64,000 nucleotides of DNA from the human T2T-CHM13v2.0 reference genome, Homo sapiens, in the NCBI RefSeq assembly GCF_009914755.1, contig NC_060931.1. One strand, given 5' to 3'. Shown here in pieces: positions 14,590 through 28,488 of this stretch (position 1 is its first letter; every line of letters begins with the position of its first letter). A program made the translations under genes and the position numbers. The notes under the pieces were generated by a model. That model did not search any database. It saw only the letters and a program-made list of their open reading frames with translations, and was not told the DNA's origin.

Positions 14590-14896
14590 TGCTATTGAGT
14601 GAATTGCATCACCCTCCAAAGTCATCTGTTGATGCACTATACCCCAATGTGTTAATATTTGGAGATAGGCCTTTGGTGGTAATTACGTTTAGATAAGATC
14701 ATGAGGGTGGAGTCTGCATGATGGGATTGTGCTCGTATAAGAAGAGACGCCAGAGAGGTTCCTCTTCCTCCATCCTGTTAGAAGGCAGCCATCTGCAGGC
14801 TAGGAAGAGAGCCTTCACCAGTGCCCAACCATGCTGGCAGCCTGATCTTAAACTTCAAGCCTTCAGATCTATGTGAAACTTTCTGTTGCTTAAGCC
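14590..14896 (+). mobile_element. MLT1A/B-like LTR, 3'-truncated
   Basis: ccccaatgtg..atttggagataggccttt..catgagggtgg..gaaggcagccatctgca..ctgatcttaaacttcaagcc. Confidence 0.8.
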
Positions 14897-17379
14897 AAAA
14901 AATAAAAAGTATTTTCAGCTCTTCACTTTGCCAATAACAGCACCCATCATTTTACTCTCAATATAAATGGCTGAAATGAAATTATTGCTCAATTCATAAA
15001 GAGGTTATAAAATTCACTATTAAAATACTATTAAAAGGTATTTATGTGTTTACCAATTCTCAGGATTTTATTCTTACGACTTACGTATTAACTCCCTGGG
15101 GGTTCAGACACAAATAAATTCAGTTCAGATAAATCCTGGAGTGGCTTCACTCACGTGCATTCATACTATTCAATTATTATTGGCAGAAAATTAGGCTACA
15201 GCTAATTACATGATTTGGTAATTACTTGCATTAGTCCTTTCTCCCTTTTATATATTGTCTGCATTTAGGAGTGAAATGTATTACTGCATCATCATAGTTA
15301 ACAAACAGCCAAAATAGTAATAGTTGTTTATATGCTAATCAACTAAATTAGTCTCTTGTTTTCTGAGATTTAGAAGTTAGTAAAATTTTATAAGTATTTA
15401 AATATGCAAGCACTTTGGCAGCTTCTTCTGAGTAACAAATTAGACAATAGCGAACAGCATAATGTAATCTGGTTTTCTTGACACTGTGCATTAGAACAAA
15501 ACGATTTGAAATTTGCAAATTATTGAATTTTGGTATATTCTTAGATTAAAATTATTTCATTTGTTTAACTGCTGATGGTTCTATATTTGTAGTAATTAGT
15601 AATTAATTCAATACCTTATTTTTTTCAAAATTATATCTTGTTTTCTTTGTGTTAGATTCTAATACTTTCAGAATGAGTAAGATAGTCCCTACCCTGAAAG
15701 ATTGCCTGTATGGTGGGAGAACTATGTAAGCCAAATACTGTAAGATAAGTACTATGGTACAGAGAAGTATGCAGGGAGACACTATTTAGCTGGTGGGCTT
15801 GGCAAAATTTTAATTTAAAAAATGTTTATTTATTTTTTTATTAATTAATGATTATTTTTTAACGATTAAAATTTAATACCAAATTCAAACAATATCTGCT
15901 TCCTCATCTGTTCTCTACCATGTTGACTTCACAGAAGCAATAACTTTTGTCTGTTTTTACATCTTTTGACAATTACAGTTATATCCTTATTATCAATATG
16001 GTGTGTTTTTTTTTTTGTCTCTTAGACATTATTTAGTTTCTGATAGAATACATATTTAGATTATTTATCACCTTCTTTCCCTTCTTTTCCCAGCAACTAT
16101 TCTCACTTAAATATAATTTTCCTTTTTAATTTCAAGTGGAATACTCAAAACTCTAGTTTTTATTCCATTAACCATAGACTTTATCTTTGGACTCCTCATT
16201 TATAAAATGGAAATATTAGCCCTTGCACCATTGGCATCTCTACTCTCCCAGCATCCCACCTCCTAACTTTGATCAGCTATACTTTTAGTGTAATGTGGTC
16301 AATGTCCATAACATTTAATCCTCTTATAAGCCTCCATGCTCCTGAGTTGGAAATAATCACTCTGAACAATCTATGGGACAATGCATGTAAAAGGATTTAA
16401 AATAGTACCTGGCACACGGGAAATGTTCCATCAGTGGAAAGATTTTCTTTGCAATTATAAAAAGTTAAGTAACTAGTACAGAGAATGACACATGTTTAGT
16501 TTTAATAACTTTTAGTTTCCTCCATAATTCTCATCTCTTTCTCCTGTTTAAAGATAGCAAAATACAAATTATCTCAGATGTGATATTTAATATTCTTTTT
16601 ACGTAGAAATTAAGATTTAAGAGTTTGACTATTAAAGTTTATGTAACCATTATTCACTAATTTATTTTTAAAACAAATATATATAATATTTTATACTTGT
16701 AATATTTTATAAGCTATACATAAATCATATAGGAATTCACTAGTAACCTAATTTTTATGCTATGCTAATCTGTTATTTCAATATTCTTAACATTGTAGAG
16801 TGGTAGTGACACTTTCCTTTTCCAATTCAAATAAATGTTATAGAAGTTAAAAATTAAAAATATACATCAGTAATCAATTATATTAAATTTCCATTTAAAA
16901 ATATTTTATTTTATATACTTAAATTGAGTTTTTAAATTTTGGTTTTATCATCATTTATGTGAAAATATACTATATTAACTGCCATTCTAAGATTTAAGTG
17001 GATATATAGTTGTGCTTAAAATTAAATCTCTCTGAAATTTGAGTACTACAACTTTATTTTAATATATACATTTAATTTTCAAATGTATTTGACCTGGCTA
17101 GGTCCAGTCTAACACATGTTCATATAGGCACATTTGTATTTATTTATTCATCGTTTAATTTACAATTTGTAGCAAAAATGACATTTTAAAATCTGAAAAT
17201 ATAGTAAGGGCATAGTTTATATTTTATAACTGGAAATATCTTAGAATCGCAATGTAGTATTCGGAGGTCCAAGAAATAGAGAACTTCCATACTATCATGG
17301 GTTAATGGATGGTATTGGTTTAAATGAAATATGATAGCTTTGATGTACCTTTAACTTGTATAAGTTATTTTCTAAAACT

Positions 17380-18900
17380 AGTTTTATGATAATTATAAAG
17401 GCAATCCATGTACCATATGAAATATAAAATTAATACTGACATGTATGAGAACATAAATTATAGTTTCATTACTCAAAGAGAAACACCATTGATATTCATA
17501 AATATTATCTTCCTTTAGTTTTCCCTAAGAAAGACATATCTTAAGGTAAATGAAATATCATATATAATATTTTATGGCTTACTTTTCAATTAAAGTTATG
17601 GGCCACATATCTCTCCACAATAAAAATTGTTTTTGCATTCCACTTTCAGGCATAATAGTCTACACTATGATTACACATCAATGTGTTTAACCATTTCCTT
17701 GAATTTGGATATTTAGGTTGTTCCCAGAGTACCCTTTCAAAAAATAGTGTTATGATTATTTTTTCTATTAATGTTTTTAGAATAAATTCGCAGAAGGAGG
17801 ATTATAGGATCCAAAATTATTGGACTTTTAAAATTTCTTTGAAGTTTGTCTAAATTTCCTAAAATGTTTTATCGGTTTTTACACATATTAACAGTGTTTG
17901 TCAAAGTTCATTTTACTTATCTCTCTGCAACATTGGTTAATTTATTTTTACCGTTTTAACACTTGAAATATAAACATACACATCTCATTGCTCTGATGTA
18001 TATTTAGTTGTTTACTAATATGGCAGAATAAAAAAAATATATATATATGCAGCTGACATTACTATTTTCACCAAAATTCATTTGCCCTCTACTTTTAGAA
18101 ATATGAAAGGGTTATAGTTTCTTATCCTGTGGAAGTTATAGATGGCCATATGTCCTGCCAACTGAAATATACTTTATTAATCTGCCTACCTATTATATTT
18201 TAGTTACTTTAATTCCATAATTTATTTTCTATCTAAGAGATATAGTCCCCCATCAATCTCATCAGTCTCACTATTTCCTTTTCAAAATTTTCTAAGCCTG
18301 TCTTCCATGTTTATTTGTTCATTTTTATGTTAATATTATTTTAAAACTTTGTAAAATTAAGTGCATACTTTTGCTTAAAATTATACTGGCAAGAATAATT
18401 TTTTTAATTAAAAATAAAAATTATGCTGAAATTGCACTTTGATTTGAAAAGAACAGCTATTTCAATAATATTGTCATTGTATGTCAGCACTTAATATAGA
18501 TCCTCCAGTTTCAAAGTAGAATATTTTTGTAGGTGTTTTATAGTGCAATATATCCTTCATTAATATCTTCCAATAATTTTTTGTTTTGTTTGTCATTATG
18601 AACAGTAGATTATGTTTTCCAACAGATTCTTTATCAATATTATTAGAAGATTATTATTAATTTTTGTATCCATAATTTATAAAGTACTGTTAATTTCTAA
18701 TGATTTTCAATAAATTATTTTGAATTTTCTAGCAATGTAATTATTTTGTCTGTGATAATAAAATTTGGATGCTCTCTAACATTCATTTTTATTATTTCTG
18801 GCTCAAATTTTATTGCAATGGCTTAAACTTTTAGAAGATGTGTTAAGTAAATTGTTGACATAAATCAAAGTTGCTTACTTCTTAATTTTCTTAGAAATGT
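17380..18900 (-). mobile_element. Highly diverged L1ME-like fragments
   Basis: Weak antisense L1 motifs (tttaaccatt..ggatatttaggttgttcc; catctcattg; tgttaagtaa). Boundaries approximate. Confidence 0.5.
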
Positions 18901-18949
18901 ATCAAGTACTTCCATCTTAATTCACGTATTGTTGGTAGCTTTAAGATAT

Positions 18950-19150
18950 ACAGAGAGGCATTTTAGCATAATAATTATACTTACGGATTCTGGAGGCAGT
19001 GTGCTGAAATTTAAATCATGATCAACTTATTTAAACTCTCTGTCCTATTTTTCTCTAATAGAGGAGTGTCAATAAATGAGAAAAACTAAGAATAATAGAT
19101 AAAAAAGACAAAGTATAGTGCCTGGGTCATATTAATAATGCAATATATAT
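18950..19150 (+). mobile_element. MIR fragment
   Basis: ggattctggaggcag..cttatttaaactctctgtcctatttt..tagtgcctgg. Confidence 0.55.
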
Positions 19151-19249
19151 TAACTATTTTTATTATAATGGTTTCCCAAAGTCTTTGTTTTTGTAGGCAC
19201 CCCTTTCTCCTGTATTACAAATCTTTTGTAGAATCTCTTATCTCAGAAA

Positions 19250-20280
19250 AAAAAAAACACATTTTTCACCTCAGATTCCCCTCTAAATACTGTCCCATAC
19301 GAATGTTGTTCAATCTTCCTAAAATAATTATCTGCAATTCTTGTCTCAGAACTCCTCACATCCCTTTTACTCTTCAACCCACTGCTATCACCACTTCTTA
19401 AAAGCAACTGTTCTTGTAAATATAGAAGTCTTTCCTTCTCTGTAGAGAATATGTTCCAATACCCCCAGTGGATGCCTGAAACTACAGATAGTACCAAGCC
19501 CTCTGTATACAGTGTCATGTTTTTTCCTGTACGTGCCTATGATAAAATTGAGTTTATAAATAAGGCACAATAAGAGATTAACAACAATAAATAAAATAGA
19601 ACAATTAAAACAATATGCCAATATCACTACTTTTGTGCTTTCGGGCCATTATTAAGGAAGATAAGGGTTACCTGAACACAACACGGTGATACCACAATAG
19701 TCAATCTATGACTGAGATAGCTACTATAAGACTTATGGCCTAGTAGTGTGTGCAAGGTGAATACCATGGGCGAAAGAATGATTCATGTCCTGGTCATGAG
19801 GGAGTGATACAGCAAGGGATTTCATCATGCTACTCAGAAAGCTGCCATGCAATTTAAAACTTATAAATGGTTTATTTCTGGAATTTTCCATTTAATATTT
19901 CTGGACTCTGTTGACCTTGGGTAACTGAAACCGTGGAAAGTGAAACTGCAGATAAGAGAGGACTACGGTATTGCTAATGATCTCCATCAATCCAAATCCA
20001 ATGGCTACCTTTATCCTCATTTCACTTGGTAGTTCCAAAGGATTCAGTACAGTTGACAACTCCTGCCTTCTTGCATCTTCTTTCTCTTTTACTTTCATAC
20101 ATTCCAGGGTTTCTAGATGTTTTCCTAGTCATTCTTTCTCAATCGTGTGTGTGTCTGTGTGTGTGTGCATGTTTGATGTCTAAATATTCAAATTCTGTGA
20201 GCTCATCCTGGATAGCTTTTTCTTCTTAAGTCTCTCTTTAGTTGGCCTTATTCAGTCCTATTGACTAATATTTTACCTAT
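19250..20280 (+). mobile_element. L2 fragment interrupted by MER44
   Basis: ctcttcaacccactgc...aatgatctccat..ccaaatccaatgg..cagttgac..ctcc..ccttcttg, a typical L2 ORF2 remnant. Confidence 0.6.
19423..19968. mobile_element. MER44B-like (Tigger7-derived) DNA transposon fossil
   Basis: ttccaatacccccagtggatgcctgaaact..; ends gtaactgaaaccgtggaaagtgaaactgcagataagagaggactacgg. TA on both sides (19421-22, 19969-70). Confidence 0.85.
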
Positions 20281-20286
20281 TTTCTG

Positions 20287-21186
20287 TGTCAAAGACAAAA
20301 ACTACATAGGTAAGGAGTCTGATTTTATTTAGGCTATTGCAGTAGATGCAAAGATCCAGACTGTCTCAATTGGATAGTTTTGTCTTAGACTTTCACTGGA
20401 AGGAGCAGACAAGTTTCAGTTGAGATTGGTTTGCAATAAGGGAAAGTATCAGTCGGTCAGCGGAATAGGACGTGTGAATCTCTGTTTCTAGATAGTTACA
20501 TTCTAATCTCAGCTAATCACTGAGAAGATACGGAATAGAGAGATGGCTAGAGGTGAAAGAGAAAGGATCTGTGTTTGGCTTTTTCAGTAGGTTCAGGCAG
20601 AAGAGGGAAGATATCCGTGCTTAGTCTTGTCACAAAGGAGTGATTTGTGCATCTTTGGGGAGTTAAGAGAATGAGAGGATAGGGAGGTTTTTGTTTTGTT
20701 TTGTTTTTTGTTTTTGTTTTTGTTTTTGTTTTTGAGACAGAGGCTCGTTCTGTCACCCAGGCTGGAGTGCAGTGGCGCTATCTCGGCTCACTGCCAACCG
20801 CCACTGCCTGAGTTCAAGCGATTCTCTTGCCTCAGCCTCCCGAGTAGCTGGGACTACAGGCACCCGCCACCACGTTCCGCTATGGGTTTTTTTTTTTTTT
20901 TTTTTGTATTTTTTTTTTTGTATTTTTACTAGAGATGGGGTTTCGCCACGTTGGCCAGGCTTTTCTCAAACTCCTGACCTCAGGTGATCCGCCCTCTTTG
21001 GCCTCCCAAAGTGCTGGGATTACAGGCGTGAGCCACCGCCCCCGGCCAGGTAGTCTTTTTTCTAAAATATATGAGGAATAATATTCTCTGAGGTAAGTCA
21101 TTTACTGGAACATAAAAGAGTGGGGGGATTTCTTATCCATTTCTGTTTTGGGGAGCACAGGTCTCAGTTAAAGTTCAACATTGTCA
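20287..21186. mobile_element. ERV1-type solo LTR (family uncertain) containing an Alu
   Basis: TG...CA termini (tgtcaaagac ... aaagttcaacattgtca), flanks tctg/gctg, and tttatt poly(A)-signal complement near the left end. Confidence 0.5.
20688..21047 (-). mobile_element. AluS with (TTTTTG)n tail and expanded middle A-rich linker
   Basis: Antisense Alu dimer. Degenerate TSD agggaggttttt / aggtagtctttt. Confidence 0.93.
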
Positions 21187-22531
21187 GCTGATAACTCCAA
21201 AACCGCATCCTGGCTTTCTCATCTCTTTTTAGCTTTACTATCACTTCCAAGTTTATGACAGCCATATTTATTGTAATAGTCTTATGACTGATGTTTCCTG
21301 TCTTATTTTGGATTCCTTAAAATACCTTGCCTGTATACCAGTTAAAATTTTGTTTTTAGTAAAATAAACTTTTCCATCAAGAATCTCAATCAGAAACTAT
21401 TTTGTTGATGTACACATTTATCATCATCTTCCTCCACAGAATGGAAGCTGAGGTTGTGCCAGTGTGCCTTTCTGTAAGTAAATGGGTACTTAAATGCAGC
21501 CCATTGTCTGATGGCAAAACAAGTGCCCTGGAGTGGGCATGAGTCAGTCCAGAGGATGGAATCCCTCTTTTTATCTGAGGACCATAGAAAGGGAGAATTT
21601 GTATGTATGAGAGGCGGTCCTGGTAGCAGGCATTTTGTCAATTTTATTCACAGATGTATATGCAGGCCTAAAATGATCTCTGACTCATAGGCAGCAAATG
21701 TTTGTTTAATAAAGGAAACAAATTTGATATTTTACTATATTTTTGGATATTTTGAAACAAATTTTATAAAATAAATTATCAGCTCCTTAAAATTTTGAAA
21801 GAATTTAGGCACAAGCTTCACTGTGCTGATAAAACATTTAGGAAGCAACAGTTTCATGTAGCATTCATTTTTTTATACGGTTTTCTGTAATCTTTTCAGA
21901 CTTGTACCCCACAAATGTTGCTAGTTAAAATATATCCAAAAATTATCTGTTACCTGGATAAAGCTATAAGTGTTTCTGTGTCTCCATATTTTCTTCCTTA
22001 TTACTATGGTTGAATTTTTGTTAATTTAGTCAATGTTAATTTGTGGTCAAAATATTAGCCCTCGGATTTCTTTTTACAAACTTTACCTAGTTAGCATTTT
22101 TAATTTTATTAAATTCTATTTACATTGCTATTGTTTTGGCCTTCTCACCTTTCTAAAATTTTCTTGACAACTTTATTTTTAATAAATTTTATTGGCATTA
22201 TAGATTCTTTCATACGTAAAAACTAATGATTGATTTTTATCTCTGAGTATATTTTTGGCCATTTTCCATGCCATTGTATTATTTTCCTAAATTTTCTTTT
22301 TGATAACATGGATATTTTGACAGTGTTTTTAAAAACATTGTAGTTGGTTGAAATACCTTTTGTTATTAACTATACAACTACGGGTAGAAAATAAATAGGA
22401 CCTCTATTATTTCCTGTATTTAGATTTACTTGTGTGCTTGGATGCGTGTATGTGTGCAGGTTATTATATAACAAAGTTGTAATATCTGTGCACTTAAAAA
22501 GAAAGTGATTTTTAGTGTTCTTCATGCTTTT

Positions 22532-22857
22532 AATTAATTAATTAATTTATTTATTTATTTATTTATTTATTTTGAGACGGAGTATTGCCCTGTCACTCTC
22601 TTGCCCAGGCTGAAGTGCAGTGGAGCAATCTCCGCTAACTGCAAACTTTGGCTCTCAGGTTTTCCTGCCTCAGTCTCCCGAGTAGCTGGGATTACAGGTG
22701 CATGCCACCACGCCCAGCTAATTTTTTTGGTATTTCTAGAAGAGATGAGGTTTCACCATGTTGGCCAGGCTGGTCTTGAGCTCTTGATCTTAGGTGATCT
22801 GCCTACCTCAGCCTCCCAAAGTGCTGGGATTACAGGCGTGAGCCACCGCGCCCTGCC
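22532..22857 (-). mobile_element. AluS (Sx-like) with (TTTA)n tail
   Basis: Antisense Alu. TSD ttcttcatgctttt (22518-22531) / ttcttcgtgctttt (22858-22871). Confidence 0.93.
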
Positions 22858-22985
22858 TTCTTCGTGCTTTTTAAATATGCAACTGTTATTTTTTTACACT
22901 GGATAAGTCTGTTGAAAATTAATTCATTTAAAAAATTTATCCAGTTTACCATAGATTAAACATTGTGCCTTTAATTTTTGTACGA

Positions 22986-22987
<2 letters not shown>

Positions 22988-23033
<46 letters not shown>
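22988..23033. repeat. (TG)~23 microsatellite
   Basis: Direct read, uninterrupted. Confidence 0.97.
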
Positions 23034-23034
<1 letters not shown>

Positions 23035-24374
23035 CTTTCTTGTTTCTATTCTTTAGGTGGGCAGGAGGGACTGCGGCTCTTTGGCATTGTTTTAGCACAT
23101 TACCATTCATGGCCTTATGTTTTTATTTTATGTTGTGCCCTTGAGTATAGAACTTCTAGGCAGAGCATGAAACAAAGCCACTAGGTTCTCATTAGTGAAG
23201 GATACACAGAGGTAGGGGCTCTTTCCTTGTTGCTAGCTGCTGTAGACCTAGTCATGGGAGTTGAAGAACACTCTCTCCCTAGGAGGTGGGGAGAGTAGGA
23301 GCCAGAGGGCAAAGGAGGCAACTTTTGTGTTCAAAGACATCCTGAACATCCCATGCATGTCCTAAAACATCTCTGACAGGGGCATGCAATATGTGGGGCA
23401 GATGAGCACACGACTCTTGGGGAGAAGTGAGCTGTGGAAAGCTATGGTGGGGATTGGGAATCACCGTTTCAGGTATTGCCTCGGGCCTGGCACAAATAAA
23501 ACCATCCACAGACTGTAGGCTTCTCCTGCCCCCAGAGAATGAGAAGGCGGCACAGGGCCAAAGCTAGAGTGCAGTGTCTGGGATCCAAAGATTCTGTGCA
23601 GCATACAATGCACAAGCCAACATTTTAGGAGACTTTAATTCAAACAAACAAAAAACTAGGCAGATTCTAAAAAAGAAATTACCATTTTATGAGATTTTAA
23701 GAGATTATTCACAATAAATTGAACCAAAATCCAGGGAATGATACAAAAGTGAAATGGCTCAATTTTGTGGTCTGAATTTGCTCTGCTCTTTCAACAGGAC
23801 TGTGTAATAGCCTGGTGTGGTATATAAGGGTAAGAACAAAATTCCTTGATCTGAGATGGACACTTCAGGTTTTCTGTAGGATGTTTCTACTCTCATACTT
23901 GAACTGAGTGGGATTTTAGACAACAATTGTTAAGTACTCTGACCTGACTTTGAGAATAGCTATTTTTCATGGGTTGGATCCTGGTTTCTAGGTTCCATAT
24001 ATTGTATGTATTATTTAATTTTTTTGTTTTATTTATATTTTTCTTTATCTTGCTTCAGAATATTTATTTACTATTGCCTTATTGTGGCAACTCAATTGCC
24101 TTTCATTTGGATTTTATTTCAGTTGAAGCATCTTTCAAAAATATATTTCCAATATGTTGTATTTTGTTCTTCTTTTTAATTAATTAATTTGGATCTTATC
24201 TTTCCATGTAATATTGTTTTTGTCTTATCTGGAATTTTTCTTATTATCTTACAACCTTTTCTCTATATTGTCATATTTTCAACACACATTTTATAATTGC
24301 AGCACTGACCCACAGATCTCACTTTTTGATTATTGTTTTAAAACAACTAGAATCACATAGAATAATTTATAGGG

Positions 24375-24694
24375 TTTTTTGTTTGTTTTTGTTGCTTTTG
24401 TTTTTGTATTTTGAGACAGAGGCTCACTCTGTGTCCCAGACTGGAGTGCAGTGGTGTGATCTCAGCTCACTGTAACCTCTGCCTCCTGGGCTCAAGAGAT
24501 TCTTGTGCCTCAACCTCCTGAGTAGCTGGAACCACAAGCATGCACCATCATACCGGGCTAATTTTTGTATTTTTAGTAGAGACAGGGTCTCAGTACATTG
24601 ACCGGGCTGGTCTTGAACTCCTGAACTCAAGTGATTCACCTGCCTCAGCCTCCCAAAGTGCTGGGTTTACAGGTTTGAGCCACCATGCCCGGCC
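24375..24694 (-). mobile_element. Older Alu (AluJb/AluSz-like)
   Basis: Full antisense Alu dimer, CpG-depleted, with ctgggctcaag. Confidence 0.9.
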
Positions 24695-26199
24695 AGGATA
24701 GTTTATACTTTGTCATTGGAACACAGATGCCCAACCTCAGCTTCCCAGATCTGTTATTTCCTCCATTTCAACCTTTCTAGATCAATTTTTCTCCTACCCC
24801 GTCTGGCACAAGGTTGCTTGTCCCAAAGCAAGCAAGTCATGCTGCCTCCCAAGAAGCGGTTCTTGAAGTTCCCCATAGCAGGAAAGGTCAAAACAAAATG
24901 AAAACCCTTTTGGTTGAAGCTCAAAGTTTTGACTCCTCCGTACTCTGCCTGATTTTATTTACAACTTAGTATCCTCTGGCAATTGTTTTTGTACTTTGTC
25001 CAGTATATCAGCTGTAGGGTTGCTCTGTAGGGGCTTACATACCTACACTGTCAGCAGAACTCTCTCCTGACATGACATCCAGGTACTGAACCATTGGGTA
25101 GGTTGGCTAGGTTGCTGGTTGAGAAAGTTTACATATTTTTTTCTTTCTTAGGTATGTAGCTTTATATAAACCAGAACTCTAGGTAGATATGATAGCAACA
25201 TCTTTCACCATTTATTCAGGAGAATGAGTGGGAGGGCCCTCTGGCCCAGATCCTGCTCTCATGCATTGAGCCTGGTTAATTTATTCTGTTGCCTATGGAG
25301 TAATTTTATTATCTGTTATAGAGAGAAGAGACTTTCCAGTTATCTCTACTAGCTTCTAACTAGTTTAGTAGGCTCATAATATAAGCTAACATAGTGGTTT
25401 TGTGTTTATTTGTGGAGGTCTTTCCCTTTTTTTTAGTCTTATTATTTATGTTTGGCTTATTTATTTTATATTTTATCTGTCACTGCTATGTACCTGAAGC
25501 AAAGGTGGGGCTCCTTAAAACCTAAACCTACAAAGCCATCTTGACAATAACAAAGTACAACTTAACGTCATAGATTCCCATGCAGGGTTTAGCACTGTAC
25601 TTTATAAAACAAAAAATGCTTACTAAAGCATCAGAAAAGGACTCCCACATGACTTTCACATTTACTAAAAAGTATAAAGAAGTCATTCTGATTAGAAATG
25701 TTTCCTTGTTTTTCAATGGATTCACAGAAGCATAGTTCTCTATTGCAAATTCCTTAAAACTAATTCAAATGAGATTCAATTTGCATAGTTTCAACTCACA
25801 GACAACATTGTAGAGTGAAATACACCATCATTCCTATGAATCTAACTTTCACTCCATGGGTACCAAGAAAAACGGCTACTTTAACTTGGTAAGGCATAGC
25901 TAGAAGACCGAAACTGTCACCCTCAATCAATTCAGTGTGCTTTTTAGTCACCTCTGATATTCACTGATTGTTGTTCTTTCCAGATTTATCAGGATATCTG
26001 ACCTTTCTCAAACTATAAAACTTATTGCATTCAAGTGTTGTGATTGATCCCTGTCTTCTCTTCTCATTTGGCTCTTTCTTGTTGTAGCTTCTCCCTCTTT
26101 TTCAGTTAGTTTCGGGGCTTGAACACATTCTGTGAGTTCCTGAATTCCTTGCCATGACCTCTCCCCTGTTCTTTCATTCCTTTCTTTCTTGAGTCCTCT

Positions 26200-26600
26200 A
26201 TTTCTTTATTCTCCAGCAACTTTCTAACAGAATTGCATTAATCCTGTTGGCCTTTCAAAATTTGAAGGAGAGCGAGTTGGTCTGAAATTTTCAGTGCTGT
26301 GTCATCACCTCTTAGCATAGTATCCAATATATAGTGACCTCCCACTAATATGTCTTGAATTAAATATTAGTTTCTGAGGCTATCTCCTAAATACCCAGTT
26401 GACACTTCATCTCCTCCATCATGACCCTCTTTGTTGATGCCAGAAGGTGTGGACCCTACTGCTTCATTACCACATTGTAATGTAATTACTTGTTTTGTGT
26501 CTTTCCCCCCATCAAGCTTCTGCAATCCTAGCAAATAGGAGTTGTGCTATAAATGATAATTGCACTGATCTGTTGAATTATTTGTTAATGTTTTGAAATC
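26200..26600 (+). mobile_element. L2 3' fragments
   Basis: tcattaccacattgtaatgtaattacttgttt..tgtctttcccc..aagcttc; tgtcttgaattaaat. Confidence 0.5.
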
Positions 26601-27144
26601 AGTCAGATCCAAAAATTGAAGAAGAGATGATGAACATGACAGCCCGTGACAGTTATATGGTATAAAAATGTAGAAGATGACAATTTCTTTGAAGGCAGAA
26701 ACCATAGCTTTAAAATTTTATTTTCATGGGGCCTAAGAACTGCTAGTCAGAACATAAACTGACAAATAGTTAAATTCAATAAAGTGATAATAATCAAGAA
26801 TTGAACAAGTATAGGTGAAGGTAGGACAAGTTGACTTTGAATACTTTTTAATTATCAAATTGAAAAGTTAATCTATTGGTTTTTAAAATATAACTGATTT
26901 CCTTGAATGCCATTGCTCTTCTACTTGACACTATAGTCCCAGATATTCTTCTTTTAGATATTTTTTGAATCTCAATTTCATTTTTTATGCTAATTACTTT
27001 CTTATCCTTTCAAGGTGTTTTCAGATTAAATTTCCCCTTTCATGAAGCTTTATTTGACAATTCAGTAAATATTCTCTATCTCTTCCATTAATTTTAATAG
27101 CCTTTACTATTTATGCATTAGAGTAGAAGGTCATGTACTTTGTT

Positions 27145-27390
27145 ATTAAAGCACTTAAGAGCCAAATATTGGAGCCAGATTGCCTGGGTTAGAGTCCAAT
27201 ATGTACCACTTACTGGCTATGTCACTTTGGGCAAGTTTTTCAAATTTCCTGTGATACCGTTTTATTTTCTATAAAATGGAGATAATAAATAATTCCAGCC
27301 TCATCAGATTGTTATTTTGTTATTAAGTTAATATATGTAAACTACCTAGAATAGTGCCTAACACATATTAGGTGCTAAGTGTTAATATTT
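27145..27390 (+). mobile_element. MIR
   Basis: tggagccagattgcctgggtt..ccacttactggctatgt..ttgggcaagtt..ctataaaatggagataata..tagaatagtgcct. Confidence 0.85.
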
Positions 27391-27514
27391 TTCCATTTAT
27401 TGCATTTCAAAATTTTTTTCATAACTCTTTAAGTTTCATATACCTTATCTTAAAAATTGGAATGAAAAGATCTACTTCGTGGATTGATTATAAGGCTGAA
27501 ATAACTGCAGCATG

Positions 27515-27790
27515 AGAAATAGTGTGAGGCAATGGCTGAGAGTACAATTGCTGGATTCAGACTGCCTGAGTCCAAATGGCAGCTCTGTCACTTATTGACT
27601 ATATCATCTATAACAAGTTACTTAAAACCACTTGACCACTCATACCCTCAATATTCTCCCCTGTAAGCTGTGTATAATATCGCACTCATAAAATAGACTT
27701 ATGTAGAGAATAAAATGAGTTATTATATGTAAGATGGCTAGAAAAGTGAATGGCACATAGTTACTATTCAAAGTACTAGCTATTTTTACT
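27515..27790 (+). mobile_element. MIR
   Basis: ctggattcagactgcctgagtccaaat..cagctctgtcactta..caagttacttaa..aaatgagttta..tggcacatag. Confidence 0.8.
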
Positions 27791-28200
27791 ATGAAATCAC
27801 CCAGCCTAATAAATTATCACATATTTCAATATATTAGTTTTAATGAAAGTTTCATTTCTCCCCTATATTAAAACTCTTAGTGAATGGAAATACTTTTCTT
27901 TCTAACATCCTAATTTGAGTAAAGGCTATAACCCTTATTCTGTGAGTAAACTTGTTCAAGTACTGCTGAATGTCAGTTTACTCATCAATTAAATAATATT
28001 CTTGTGTCACTATATTATTTGTTGATTGTTTTTGGCTGTATGTACCATAAAATTATTACCCTAAAGTGAGGATTAAATAAATTTGAGTGTATTTTATTAC
28101 CATGCAAAAAGATGCCAAGAAGTAGGAAACCACTGTCCTTGATTTGTTATCTGATAGATTTCAGGGCCAAAGTATTGTGATGTTGTGAACCTTTTCTTTA

Positions 28201-28488
28201 TTTTTTATTTTTATTTTACTTTAAGTTCCAGGATATATGTGCAGAATGTGCAGGTTCGTTACATAGGTATATGTGTGCCATTGTGGTTTGCTGCACCCAT
28301 CAACCCATCATCTAGGTTTTAAGCCCCACATGCATTAAGGTATTTGTCTTAATGCTCCTCCTCCCCTCACCCATCCACCCGCGAAAGACCCTGGTGTGTG
28401 ATGTTCCCCTCCCTGTGTCCATGTGTTCTCATTGTTCAACTCCCACTTATGAGTGAGAACATACAGTGTTTGGTTTTCTGTTCCTGTG
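28201..28488 (-). mobile_element. L1PA8-like 5'-truncated 3' end
   Basis: tactttaagttccaggat..ggttttaagccccacatgcatta..ctcccacttatgagtgagaac. TSD tgtgaaccttttcttta (28184-28200) / tgtgatctttttcttta (28485-28501). Confidence 0.92.
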
